From Gemmatimonadales bacterium (GTDB lineage: Bacteria > Gemmatimonadota > Gemmatimonadetes > Gemmatimonadales > GWC2-71-9), in contig JAICLE010000003.1 in assembly GCA_025927545.1 (NCBI GenBank), positions 20,923 through 84,922 of the forward strand: a DNA stretch of 64,000 nucleotides, given 5' to 3'. The position numbers and the translations under genes are program-made. The notes under the pieces were generated by a model. The model saw nothing but the letters and a program-made list of their open reading frames with translations. It was not told the origin of the DNA and did no database searches. This document shows positions 8,307 to 16,874 of the stretch, one piece after another. Positions within the stretch are counted from its first letter, which is position 1. Every line of letters starts with the position of its first letter.

Positions 8307-8774
8307 ATGCGACGCCTCCGGCAGATCATCAAGCAGCGAAAGCCCTTCGAAAGCCTCCAGCAGGAGGTGTTTCTGGAAGTGCTCAGGACGGGAAACGCGA
8401 TGGTGCAGGATCTGGTGGAGCTGCTCCGGCCCCACGGGTTGACCCAGCCGCAATACAACGTGCTGCGCATCCTGCGCGGTGCCGGGCCCGAGGGGCTCCC
8501 GACGGGCGAGGTGGGCGAGCGCATGGTGGTAAGCCGCGAGCCGGACGTCACCCGGCTGCTGGTCAGGATGGAGGGCCTGGGCCTGATCGAGCGGGAACGG
8601 CGGGCGGACAACCGGCGGTTCGTGAACGCGCGAATCACGCGCGAGGGGCTGCAAGTCCTCAAGGCACTCGACGAGCCGGTTCGCCGGATGCACGCACGGC
8701 AGCTCCAGCACATGTCACGCCCGGCCCTCGAGACGCTGGCCGGACTGCTCGAGCAGGTGCGGCGGGAGGAGTAA
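8307..8774 (+). CDS. MarR-family transcriptional regulator
   Basis: MRRLRQIIKQRKPFESLQQEVFLEVLRT...LTQPQYNVLRILRGAGPEGLPTGEVGERMVVSREPDVTRLLVRMEGLGLIERER is a typical MarR winged helix. ATG 8307 lies inside track ORF 7791..8774. Confidence 0.88.
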   Translation: MRRLRQIIKQRKPFESLQQEVFLEVLRTGNAMVQDLVELLRPHGLTQPQYNVLRILRGAGPEGLPTGEVGERMVVSREPDVTRLLVRMEGLGLIERERRADNRRFVNARITREGLQVLKALDEPVRRMHARQLQHMSRPALETLAGLLEQVRREE

Positions 8775-8801
8775 CCGCGATCCCCCGCCGGGACGGCCGC
8801 T

Positions 8802-10598
8802 CTACGTCCCGAGCAGCGCCTCCGCCAACTCTTCCACATCCACCGGCCAGAGGCAGCGGGGGCGCGGACGGCCGGTGCCCGGCAGCGCGCGGCAGCTCAG
8901 GACCAGCCGGCGCCAGCGCGGCGGGATCGCTGCGCGGCCGTGTACGGCGCCGAGCAGAGCACCGGCCACCGCGCCGTTGGTGTCCGTGTCGCCCCCGGCC
9001 ATGACGGTTTGCACCACACCCCCCTCGAGCGTCTCTGCGTGCAGCGCCTGGTAAAAGGCATTCTGCAGCGCGATCAGCACCCAGCCCATGTGCCGCGCAT
9101 ACTCCGCCGGCGGCTCGGCGGCCGCGGCCTCCAGTGCGCCCACGACCGATGCGTCCGCCCCGGCCGCCCGGGCCCACGCGAGCGCAGCGCCATGGGCCGC
9201 CGCCGCGCCCTCGCCCGTGCGCACCGCATGAGCGATCGCGACCGCGAAGGCGGCGCTTGCGTCGCTGCACGCCGCGTGAGGGTGGGTGATGGCGCTCTCC
9301 GCGCGCGCGAGCCGGCCCAGCTCGTCCGGCGGCAGCGCGCGACCCCAGACCCCGAGCGGGCTCACCCGCATCAGGCTGCCGTTCGCCTGGCTGTCGAGAT
9401 CGTGTCGGCCCAGCAGCCCCGACGACGTGGTCCTGCCGATATCGAACGGGCCCGAGTGCATCCACGCACGGTACACCTCGCGCACCGCTTCGGAGTCGAG
9501 TCCGCCGTCCCGCGCGAGCGTGCGCGCGAGGAGGAGCGCGAGCTCCGAGTCGTCGGTCGGCTGGCCCGCGAGCGTGTTCCAGGAGCCGCCGTTCCTGAGC
9601 TCCCGCAGGCCATCGGGGAACTCCGCCCGGATCGACGCCGCGGTGCGGAACTCGACCTGCGCGCCGAGCGCATCGCCCGCCACCTGGCCGAGCATGCAGC
9701 CCTGTGCCCGGCTCAACAGGCCGGCGTCGGTGGCGCGGACTCCCGGCGTGACCCGCCGCGGAAATCGCGCGCTGAGCGGGTCGGGCGGCATGGCCTCGAA
9801 GACCGCGCCCCAGCGGCGCGCCGCGAGGGCCTTCCCCACCGGGAGCGACGCGCCGAAGATCCGGCGGGAGGTCGCCTGCCCATCGAGGGCGTAGGTGATC
9901 GGCCGGCCCGACTCGTCCATCAGCTCGCCGCCCACGGCGCGGAGCAGCGCGTGGCCCCCGCCGAAGTCCCACGCCACCGGACCGCTGAGCGACGCGGTCG
10001 CCTCGCCCTCGCCCACCGCGACGAGCGCCAGGCGGTAGGCGATGCTCGGCATGGCGCGGAAGCGGGCCGGCGCCAGGCACCGCGCGTTGGCGTCGGCGTT
10101 GCGGTCGGCGCCACCGCTCAGCAGGACGATGTCGTACGGTCCCAGCGCCTCGGGGAGCGGCGCGCGCGCGACCGGCCTCCCGTTCCGCGTGAGCGGCAGC
10201 CCCTCCGCCCAGGCGATCAGGTCGCCCGCGTCGTCCGGCGCCACGGGTGCGTAGACCACGCCAAGCACCGGTACTCCGTCACGGACAAGACCGATCGACA
10301 CCGCGGTGCCACGGCGGCGCTTGATGAACGAAACGGTGCCGTCGTTGGGATCCACCAGCCAGCGGTGCGGCGACTCCGGCGGCCCGTCCCTGCCGGTCTC
10401 CTCGCCCAGATAGGACCAGTCGGGGAATGCCGAACGGAGCAGGCCCCGGATCAGGAGCTCCGCCTCGTCGTCCACGGGCGCGTGGCCGCCACTCCCGCGC
10501 GGGCCGCCGGGCCGATGGAACTCGCTCCGGAGGAGCGCGCCGGCCCGCACGGCCGCATCGACGGCGGTGCGGAGCGCCGGCTCGTAGGACGGTGGCAT
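8802..10598 (-). CDS. Fusion protein: inositol monophosphatase-family domain + ADP-ribosylglycohydrolase domain
   Basis: N-terminal half has WLVDPNDGT and VAWDFGGGHALL (IMPase motifs). C-terminal half has GCMLGQVAGDALGAQVEF and GGDTDTNGAVAGALLGAVHG (ARH/DraG-like motifs). Confidence 0.85.
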   Translation of the reverse strand: MPPSYEPALRTAVDAAVRAGALLRSEFHRPGGPRGSGGHAPVDDEAELLIRGLLRSAFPDWSYLGEETGRDGPPESPHRWLVDPNDGTVSFIKRRRGTAVSIGLVRDGVPVLGVVYAPVAPDDAGDLIAWAEGLPLTRNGRPVARAPLPEALGPYDIVLLSGGADRNADANARCLAPARFRAMPSIAYRLALVAVGEGEATASLSGPVAWDFGGGHALLRAVGGELMDESGRPITYALDGQATSRRIFGASLPVGKALAARRWGAVFEAMPPDPLSARFPRRVTPGVRATDAGLLSRAQGCMLGQVAGDALGAQVEFRTAASIRAEFPDGLRELRNGGSWNTLAGQPTDDSELALLLARTLARDGGLDSEAVREVYRAWMHSGPFDIGRTTSSGLLGRHDLDSQANGSLMRVSPLGVWGRALPPDELGRLARAESAITHPHAACSDASAAFAVAIAHAVRTGEGAAAAHGAALAWARAAGADASVVGALEAAAAEPPAEYARHMGWVLIALQNAFYQALHAETLEGGVVQTVMAGGDTDTNGAVAGALLGAVHGRAAIPPRWRRLVLSCRALPGTGRPRPRCLWPVDVEELAEALLGT

Positions 10599-10605
10599 GT
10601 GCCGG

Positions 10606-12774
10606 CTACGGGTGGGGCACCGTGAGTCTCGGGTCGGCCCTCCGGATCTGGTCCACCACGAAGGCGTAGCGGAAGGCGTCGTCGTGGAGCGCCTCGTAGC
10701 GGCCCGACCTCCCGCCGTGTCCCGCGCCCATGTTGATCCTGAACAGGAGCGGGTTGGCGTCGGTCTTCATGGCGCGGAGCCTGGCCACCCATTTCGCCGG
10801 TTCCCAGTAGTTCACTCTGGGGTCGTTGAGCCCGGCGGTCGCCAGGATCGCCGGATAGGCTTTCGCCTCCACGTTGTCGTAGGGCGAATACGAGCGGATG
10901 TAGGCGAACTGCTCGGGCACGCTGGGGTTTCCCCACTGCTGCCATTCCTGGGTGGTGAACTCGAGCGTCGGGTCGCGCATGGTGTTGATCACGTCGACGA
11001 ACGGGACGTCCGCCACCACCACGCGGAACAGATCGGGGCGCATGTTGGTCACGGCGCCCATCAGGAGCCCGCCCGCGCTGCCGCCGCGGATGGCGAGCCG
11101 GTCGGGTGCGGTGTAGCCCTGCTGCTCGAGCCACTCTGCCGCGGCGACGAAATCGGTGAAGGTGTTCTTCTTCCGGAGCATCTTGCCGTCGTCGTACCAG
11201 CGACGCCCCATCTCCTGCCCGCCGCGGATGTGCGCGATGGCGAAGATGTATCCGCGGTCCACGAGCGGCAGGATGCGCGGGCTGAAGCCCGGGTCGGTGC
11301 TCGCCCCGTACGATCCGTAGGCGTAGAGCAGCATCGGGCGGGGCCGGCCCCGACGGAGCGGCGTTCGGTAGAAGAGCGAGATCGGCACCCGCACGCCGTC
11401 GGGGGCAGGGGCCCACAGCCGCTCGGTCGCGTATCGCGTCGGCTCGAAGCCGGGGACCTCCGTCCGCTTTCGCAGCGTGCGCGTGCGGGTGGTGAGGTCG
11501 TAATCGTACACGGTCGGCGGCGTGCGGGGTGAGCTGTAGGTAAATCGCAGCGTACGGGAGTGGAAATCCGGATTCCGCCCGGGCTCGAGCGCGTGAACTA
11601 CCTCGGGAAAGTCCACGTCGTAGGGTGCGCCGCCGCCGAACGGGAGCACGCGGATCTGCTGGCGCGCGTCGCCCCGGCGATAGAGCACGAGGTGGTGCTC
11701 GAACACGTCCATCCCCTCGAGCAGGGCGGAGTCGTCGGCCGGGACGAGCTCGGTCCAATGAGCAGAATCGGGAGCGGCGGTCGGCACGCGCATCAGCTTG
11801 AAGTTCACCGCGCCGTCGTTGGTGAGCACGAGGAAATCGCCGCCGTGGTGCTCGGCCGAGTACTCGACCCCCTCTCGCCGCGGCAGCAGGACCCGCCATT
11901 CGTCCGCCGGCCGGGCGGCGGGCAGATAGCGCACCTCGCCCGTGGTGAAGCTGGAGCTCTGCGCCAGGAGATAGGCCCGGTCCTTGGACTTGCCCAGGGC
12001 GAGAAAGTAGAGCGAGTCGGGCTCGCGCACGACCACCGTCTCGGCCGAGTCGCCGAGGGCGCGACGGTAGATGCGGTCGGGCCGGTGCGCGGGGGTGTCG
12101 CGGGTGAAGAAGAGCGTCCGGTTGTCGGCCGCCCACTCGAGGCCGTAGCTCACGCTGTCCACGACATCGGGGAGGAGCCGGCCGGTGCGGAGGTCCTTGA
12201 CCCGCACGGTGTACCACTCGGAGCCGGTGGTGTCGTGGGTGTACGCCAGGAGCGTTCCGTCGGGGCTCACCTGCCGCGCCCCGATGCGCGAGTACGCGTG
12301 CCCTCGTGCCGCGGCGTTCTCATCCAGCAGCACCTGCTCGGGGGCCGACATGCTGCCCCGCTTCCGGCAGAAGATCGGGTATTGCTTCCCCTTCTCGGTC
12401 CGGGAGTAGTAGTAGAACCCATAAACCAGCTCGGGGACCGAGAGGTCGGTCTCCCTGATGTGGCCCACCATCTCGTGGAACAGCGTATCCTGCAGCGCCC
12501 GCGTGCGCCGGGTCACCGCTTCCGTATACGCGTTCTCGCGACGCAGATAGTCGAGCACTTCCGGCCGTTCGCGCCGGTCGTCACGCAGCCAGAAGTACGG
12601 ATCGCTCAGCGCAACGCCGGCTACCGTATCGATGTGGGGGACGCGCGCGGCCACGGGCGGGGTCGCTGCGGGACCGCTCGACGATGCCTGTCCCGCGAGA
12701 CCTGCCGGAGCCAGAAGGGGCGGCAGCGCCACGAGGAGGAGCGAGCAGCGGGTGGCGAGGAGGGTGGCGGGCAT
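10606..12774 (-). CDS. ptrB: Oligopeptidase B / S9A prolyl oligopeptidase-family serine protease (secreted)
   Basis: GGSAGGLLMGAV nucleophile motif and overall S9A layout. Start placed at MPATLLATRCSLLLVALPPLLAPAGLAGQ (ATG at 12772-12774, signal peptide) inside track ORF 10606..12918. Confidence 0.88.
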   Translation of the reverse strand: MPATLLATRCSLLLVALPPLLAPAGLAGQASSSGPAATPPVAARVPHIDTVAGVALSDPYFWLRDDRRERPEVLDYLRRENAYTEAVTRRTRALQDTLFHEMVGHIRETDLSVPELVYGFYYYSRTEKGKQYPIFCRKRGSMSAPEQVLLDENAAARGHAYSRIGARQVSPDGTLLAYTHDTTGSEWYTVRVKDLRTGRLLPDVVDSVSYGLEWAADNRTLFFTRDTPAHRPDRIYRRALGDSAETVVVREPDSLYFLALGKSKDRAYLLAQSSSFTTGEVRYLPAARPADEWRVLLPRREGVEYSAEHHGGDFLVLTNDGAVNFKLMRVPTAAPDSAHWTELVPADDSALLEGMDVFEHHLVLYRRGDARQQIRVLPFGGGAPYDVDFPEVVHALEPGRNPDFHSRTLRFTYSSPRTPPTVYDYDLTTRTRTLRKRTEVPGFEPTRYATERLWAPAPDGVRVPISLFYRTPLRRGRPRPMLLYAYGSYGASTDPGFSPRILPLVDRGYIFAIAHIRGGQEMGRRWYDDGKMLRKKNTFTDFVAAAEWLEQQGYTAPDRLAIRGGSAGGLLMGAVTNMRPDLFRVVVADVPFVDVINTMRDPTLEFTTQEWQQWGNPSVPEQFAYIRSYSPYDNVEAKAYPAILATAGLNDPRVNYWEPAKWVARLRAMKTDANPLLFRINMGAGHGGRSGRYEALHDDAFRYAFVVDQIRRADPRLTVPHP

Positions 12775-12953
12775 GCCGCGGCTCCATGAGAGAGAGGAAA
12801 CTCCGGTGCGGGCTGCCCTACGATGGCGCCGAGGGCTCGAGGGCGCAACGGCTTGTCTCGGGTCGCGTGCCAGAAGCAGCCCGGCTGCAGGCAAGGCCCA
12901 CGCGCGAGTGGCCACCACGTGCGCCCGGCGCCCGACTCCGGCATCTTCCTCCC

Positions 12954-14990
12954 ATGCCAGCCTCCACCGATCCCCTCGACAGCCTGGTCCACTTGTCCCA
13001 CCTCCTCGGCCGGGAGACGCGCCTGGTTCAACCCGGTGGTGGAAACACGTCGATCAAGCTGGGTGACGCACTCCTGGTGAAGGGCAGCGGCACCGACCTC
13101 CGCACCATCGGGCGCGAGGGCTTTACCCGCCTGTCGCTCGCGCGCCTGGCACCGCTGGCCGCGGCCGACGCCATGAGCGACGCCGACATGATGCGCTTCA
13201 TGGCGAGCTGCATGCTGCAGGAGGGCCCCGCGCCCAGCGTGGAGACTCCGCTGCACTTCCTGCTGCCGCATCGCGTCGTCGCCCACACGCACGACGTCGC
13301 GACGATGAGCCTGACCAACGTCCCCGACGGCACGGCGGAGCGGCTGATCGGCGAGCTGTTCGGCGGCAGGATCGTCTACGTCCCGTACAGCCGGCCCGGC
13401 TTCCCGCTCGCCAAATCGGTACGCGGGATCGTCGACCGGATCCCGCCCGATGCGATCGGGCTCACGCTGGCGCACCACGGGCTGGTGGTCTGGGGGGATG
13501 ATGGGGAGCAGGCGCATGCCCGTCTGGTGGAGGTCGTGGCGCGCATCGACGAGTACCTGGCCGCCTGCGGGCGCGGCCGATTGCTGCTCGGGGCAGTTCG
13601 CAATCCTGGCCCCGCCACCGAGCAGCGGCGTCGCTTGGCGGAGCTGGTGCTGCCGGTCGTGCGCGGAAGCCTGAGCCAGGGGCCGCCAGGCCGCCCGGAG
13701 CGGGTGGTTCTCCACTACGACGACGCCGACGACGTGCTGGCCACCCTCGGGGGAGAGCGGGTACCGGAGCTGGTGCGGCGCGGGATGGCGACGCCGGAGC
13801 ACCTGCTCCGCGCCGGCCGGCTGCCGGTGTGGCTCGACCTCGACCTGGCGGCGCCGGCGGAGCAGTTGACGGCGGAGGTGCGCAGCAGACTCGCCGCCGC
13901 GCGTGCGGAGTACGAGGAGTACCACCTGCGCCACGCCGCGCCCGGCGAGCGCCCGCTCGACGACTGGGCCAAGGTGGTGCTCGCGCCCGGGCTCGGGCTG
14001 ATCACGGCATTCACCGACAAGCGGAGCGCGGTGACCGCGAACCTCTGCTACCGGGCGACGCTCGAGGCCATCGCCGGCGCGGAAGCGGTGGAGCGCTTCG
14101 AGTTCATCGCCGAGCGGGACGTGTTCGAGTTCGAGCACTGGCCGCTGGAGCGTCGAAAGGTAGAGGAACAGAGTGCGCGAGACCGTGCCGGTAAGGAGCT
14201 CCCGCGCCATGTGGTGGTGGTGATCGGCGGCGGCAGCGGCATCGGGAAGGCGGCCGCACTCCGGTTCGCGGAGGAGGGCGCGCACGTCGTCGTGGCGGAC
14301 CTCGACGGCGCGCTGGCGGAAGCCGTGGCGGCGGAGCTCGCGGCCCGATTCCCCGGCCGGCTGCTCGGCCTGCCGGCGGACGTGCGCGACGATGCCAGCC
14401 TCGACGACCTGTTCGGTCGTACGGTGCTCGAGTTCGGCGGCCTCGACTCGCTGTTCTACACCGCCGGGCTGCCGCCACGGTTCGCGCCGGTCACCGAGAT
14501 CCGGCGGGAGGACCTGCAGCGGCAGCTCGAGGTGCACTACCTGGGTGCGGTCGGCGCGATCGGACGGGCGGCCACGATCATGCGTCGCCAGGGACTCGGC
14601 GGGGCGATCGTGGCGTCCGTGTCCAAGGCGGCGCTGGTGCCGGGGCGTGAAGCGGTCGCCTACGGCGGGAGCAAGGCGGCGCTGCTGCAGGCGCTCAGGG
14701 TGGCTGCCGTGGAACTGGGGGGCGACGGCATCCGGGTGAACGCCATCAACGCCGATCAGGTGGACACGCCGCTGTTCCGCCGCTTCGTCGGCGAGCGGGC
14801 CGCGAGGCGCGGGGTGACGGAGGGGGAGCAGCTCGAGAGCTACCGCCGACGGAATCTCATGGGCGTGGGCCTCATTCCCGCGGAGGCGGTGGCCGATCTG
14901 GCGGTCCTGCTCGCGAGCGAGCGGTTCCGCTTCACCACGGGCGACATCCTGACCGTGGACGGCGGGCTGGCGGAGGGGTTCCCCCGGTAG
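12954..14990 (+). CDS. Bifunctional class II aldolase / short-chain dehydrogenase (rhamnulose-1-phosphate aldolase/SDR type)
   Basis: Start MPASTDPLDSLVHLSHLLG...GGGNTSIK (ATG 12954). The C-terminal SDR has VVVIGGGSGIGKAAA and YGGSKAA. About 678 aa, as expected for this fusion family. Confidence 0.88.
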   Translation: MPASTDPLDSLVHLSHLLGRETRLVQPGGGNTSIKLGDALLVKGSGTDLRTIGREGFTRLSLARLAPLAAADAMSDADMMRFMASCMLQEGPAPSVETPLHFLLPHRVVAHTHDVATMSLTNVPDGTAERLIGELFGGRIVYVPYSRPGFPLAKSVRGIVDRIPPDAIGLTLAHHGLVVWGDDGEQAHARLVEVVARIDEYLAACGRGRLLLGAVRNPGPATEQRRRLAELVLPVVRGSLSQGPPGRPERVVLHYDDADDVLATLGGERVPELVRRGMATPEHLLRAGRLPVWLDLDLAAPAEQLTAEVRSRLAAARAEYEEYHLRHAAPGERPLDDWAKVVLAPGLGLITAFTDKRSAVTANLCYRATLEAIAGAEAVERFEFIAERDVFEFEHWPLERRKVEEQSARDRAGKELPRHVVVVIGGGSGIGKAAALRFAEEGAHVVVADLDGALAEAVAAELAARFPGRLLGLPADVRDDASLDDLFGRTVLEFGGLDSLFYTAGLPPRFAPVTEIRREDLQRQLEVHYLGAVGAIGRAATIMRRQGLGGAIVASVSKAALVPGREAVAYGGSKAALLQALRVAAVELGGDGIRVNAINADQVDTPLFRRFVGERAARRGVTEGEQLESYRRRNLMGVGLIPAEAVADLAVLLASERFRFTTGDILTVDGGLAEGFPR

Positions 14991-15013
14991 TCGCGCGCGA
15001 TCACATCGGGTGG

Positions 15014-15042
15014 TTGTCACAGCCTGTCGCGATCCTTACCTT
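15014..15042 (+). promoter_or_regulatory. Candidate promoter upstream of rmuC
   Basis: TTGTCA (15014-15019), 17-nt spacer, TACCTT (15037-15042). A hairpin follows at 15044-15051/15069-15076. See findings for the alternative RecA-NDp-like reading. Confidence 0.35.
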
Positions 15043-15134
15043 GGTCGGGTCGGCAGATCCCCACCGCTGACCCGACTTCACATCATCACCGCGCTTCTGC
15101 GGCCACTCCGCCCGGCATCCGCCCAGGGAGAGTC

Positions 15135-16433
15135 ATGGACGTCCCCAGCCTGCTGCTCGGCATTGCGCTCGGCCTCGTGGCCGGTGGCATCGCCGCCTGG
15201 CTCGCCGGCCGCGGCACCACCGCACGGCTCGAGGAGCGGGTGGCAGCCGAGCGCCGCGCGGGGGAGGAGAAGCTCGCCCTCCTCGCGCAGGCGGAGTCCA
15301 AGCTGCGCGATGCCTTCGCCGCGCTCTCCGCGGAGGCCCTCCGGCGGAACAACCAGTCGTTCCTCGATCTTGCCCGGACCAGCCTGGGCGAGTTCCAGCA
15401 GTCCGCGTCGTCCGAGCTGGAGCAGCGGCAGAAGGCGGTGGGCGACCTCGTCCGGCCGATTCAGGAGGCGCTCGCCCGGGTGGACGGGAAGCTCGGGGAG
15501 GTCGAGAAGGAGCGGATCGCCAGCTACGCCGCCCTGGTGGAACAGGTGCGGGCGATGGCCCGGACGCAGGAGGCCCTGCAGGCCGAAACCGGCAAGCTGG
15601 TCAAGGCGCTCCGCGCGCCGCAGGTGCGCGGGCGCTGGGGCGAGATCCAGCTCAAGCGGGTGGTCGAGATGGCCGGGATGCTCGACTACTGCGACTTCGA
15701 GGAACAGGCGAGCGTCGAGACGGCGGACGGCCGGCTCCGGCCCGATCTGATCGTCCGGCTCCCGGGCGGCAAGACCGTCGTCGTGGACGCGAAGGCCCCG
15801 CTCGCCGCGTACCTCGACGCGATCGACGGCAAGGGCGACGACGACGCGCGCGAGGCGCTGCTCCGGGACCACGCCCGCCAGGTGCGGGAGCACATGGTGG
15901 ACCTCGGAGGCAAGGCGTACTGGAACCAGTTCCAGCCCGCGCCCGACTTCGTCGTCATGTTCCTTCCCGGTGAGGCCTTCTTCAGCGCCGCATGCCAGCA
16001 CGACCCGTCGCTGATCGAGTTCGGTGTAAGCCGGCAGGTGATTCCGGCCAGTCCGACCACCCTGATCTCGCTGCTCCGGGCGATCGCGTACGGCTGGCGC
16101 CAGGAGCGGATCGCGCAGAACGCGCAGGAGATCAGCGAGCTGGGGCGGGAGCTGTACGAGCGGATCGCCACGATGGCCGAGCACTTCGACGGGCTTGGCC
16201 GGGCGCTCGAGCGGTCGGTCGAGACGTATAACCGGGCCGTGGGCTCGCTCGAGAGCCGGGTGCTGGTCTCCGCCCGGCGCTTCCGGGAGCTGGGGGTGGC
16301 GGGGGAGGAGCTGCCCGCACCGCCATCGATCGACCGGGCGGTGCGGGGTGTCGTCGCCGTGGAAATGACGTCGATGCTGCCTGAACTGGCCGTGGCGCCG
16401 GCCCGTCCGGCGACGTTCCCCGAGTCCCACTGA
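15135..16433 (+). CDS. rmuC: DNA recombination protein RmuC
   Basis: N-terminal TM helix ([19 protein letters not shown]), coiled-coil region, and C-terminal [21 protein letters not shown] nuclease-like core typical of RmuC. Confidence 0.9.
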   Translation: MDVPSLLLGIALGLVAGGIAAWLAGRGTTARLEERVAAERRAGEEKLALLAQAESKLRDAFAALSAEALRRNNQSFLDLARTSLGEFQQSASSELEQRQKAVGDLVRPIQEALARVDGKLGEVEKERIASYAALVEQVRAMARTQEALQAETGKLVKALRAPQVRGRWGEIQLKRVVEMAGMLDYCDFEEQASVETADGRLRPDLIVRLPGGKTVVVDAKAPLAAYLDAIDGKGDDDAREALLRDHARQVREHMVDLGGKAYWNQFQPAPDFVVMFLPGEAFFSAACQHDPSLIEFGVSRQVIPASPTTLISLLRAIAYGWRQERIAQNAQEISELGRELYERIATMAEHFDGLGRALERSVETYNRAVGSLESRVLVSARRFRELGVAGEELPAPPSIDRAVRGVVAVEMTSMLPELAVAPARPATFPESH

Positions 16434-16438
16434 CCAGG

Positions 16439-16759
16439 GTGCCCAGACGCTCGAAGGGCCGGTTCCCCCCGTTCCACCTGGCCGACAGCCTGCACGACGC
16501 GCCGGTGGCATCGGTGCTGGACCTGCATGGCTTCGGCGCCGGCGAGGTGCCCGCGGCGCTCCGGAATTTTCTCGCCACCTGGCAGCGGCGCGGCCGCGGC
16601 CTCGTGGTGCACGTGATCACCGGACGCGGCCGGAACTCGGCCCACGGGCCCGTGCTCCGCGGCAAGGTGTCGGCACTCCTCAAGGGAGAGCTCGCCACGC
16701 TCGTTGCCGATTGGGGGCCCGATGAAAGCGATGGCGGGTTCAAGGTAAGGCTCCGGTAG
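16439..16759 (+). CDS. Smr-domain protein (small MutS-related nuclease)
   Basis: LDLHG and HVITGRGRNS motifs. GTG start 6 nt after the rmuC stop. Confidence 0.82.
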   Translation: MPRRSKGRFPPFHLADSLHDAPVASVLDLHGFGAGEVPAALRNFLATWQRRGRGLVVHVITGRGRNSAHGPVLRGKVSALLKGELATLVADWGPDESDGGFKVRLR

Positions 16760-16874
16760 CGTCCGTCGGTCCTGCGTTCCCGCAACATTCCGTCTCCGGT
16801 ACAGCGCCGACAGGAAGGCTCGTCTGGCCCAGATTCAGCTCGTCCTCGCCCACGATCCCCTGCGGCTGCTCGAA

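Noticed and set aside
12621-15020. 799-aa minus-strand ORF antisense to the aldolase/SDR gene
   Set aside because: The plus frame has class II aldolase and SDR signatures. The minus frame is compositionally biased (R/G/P/A/E) and featureless.
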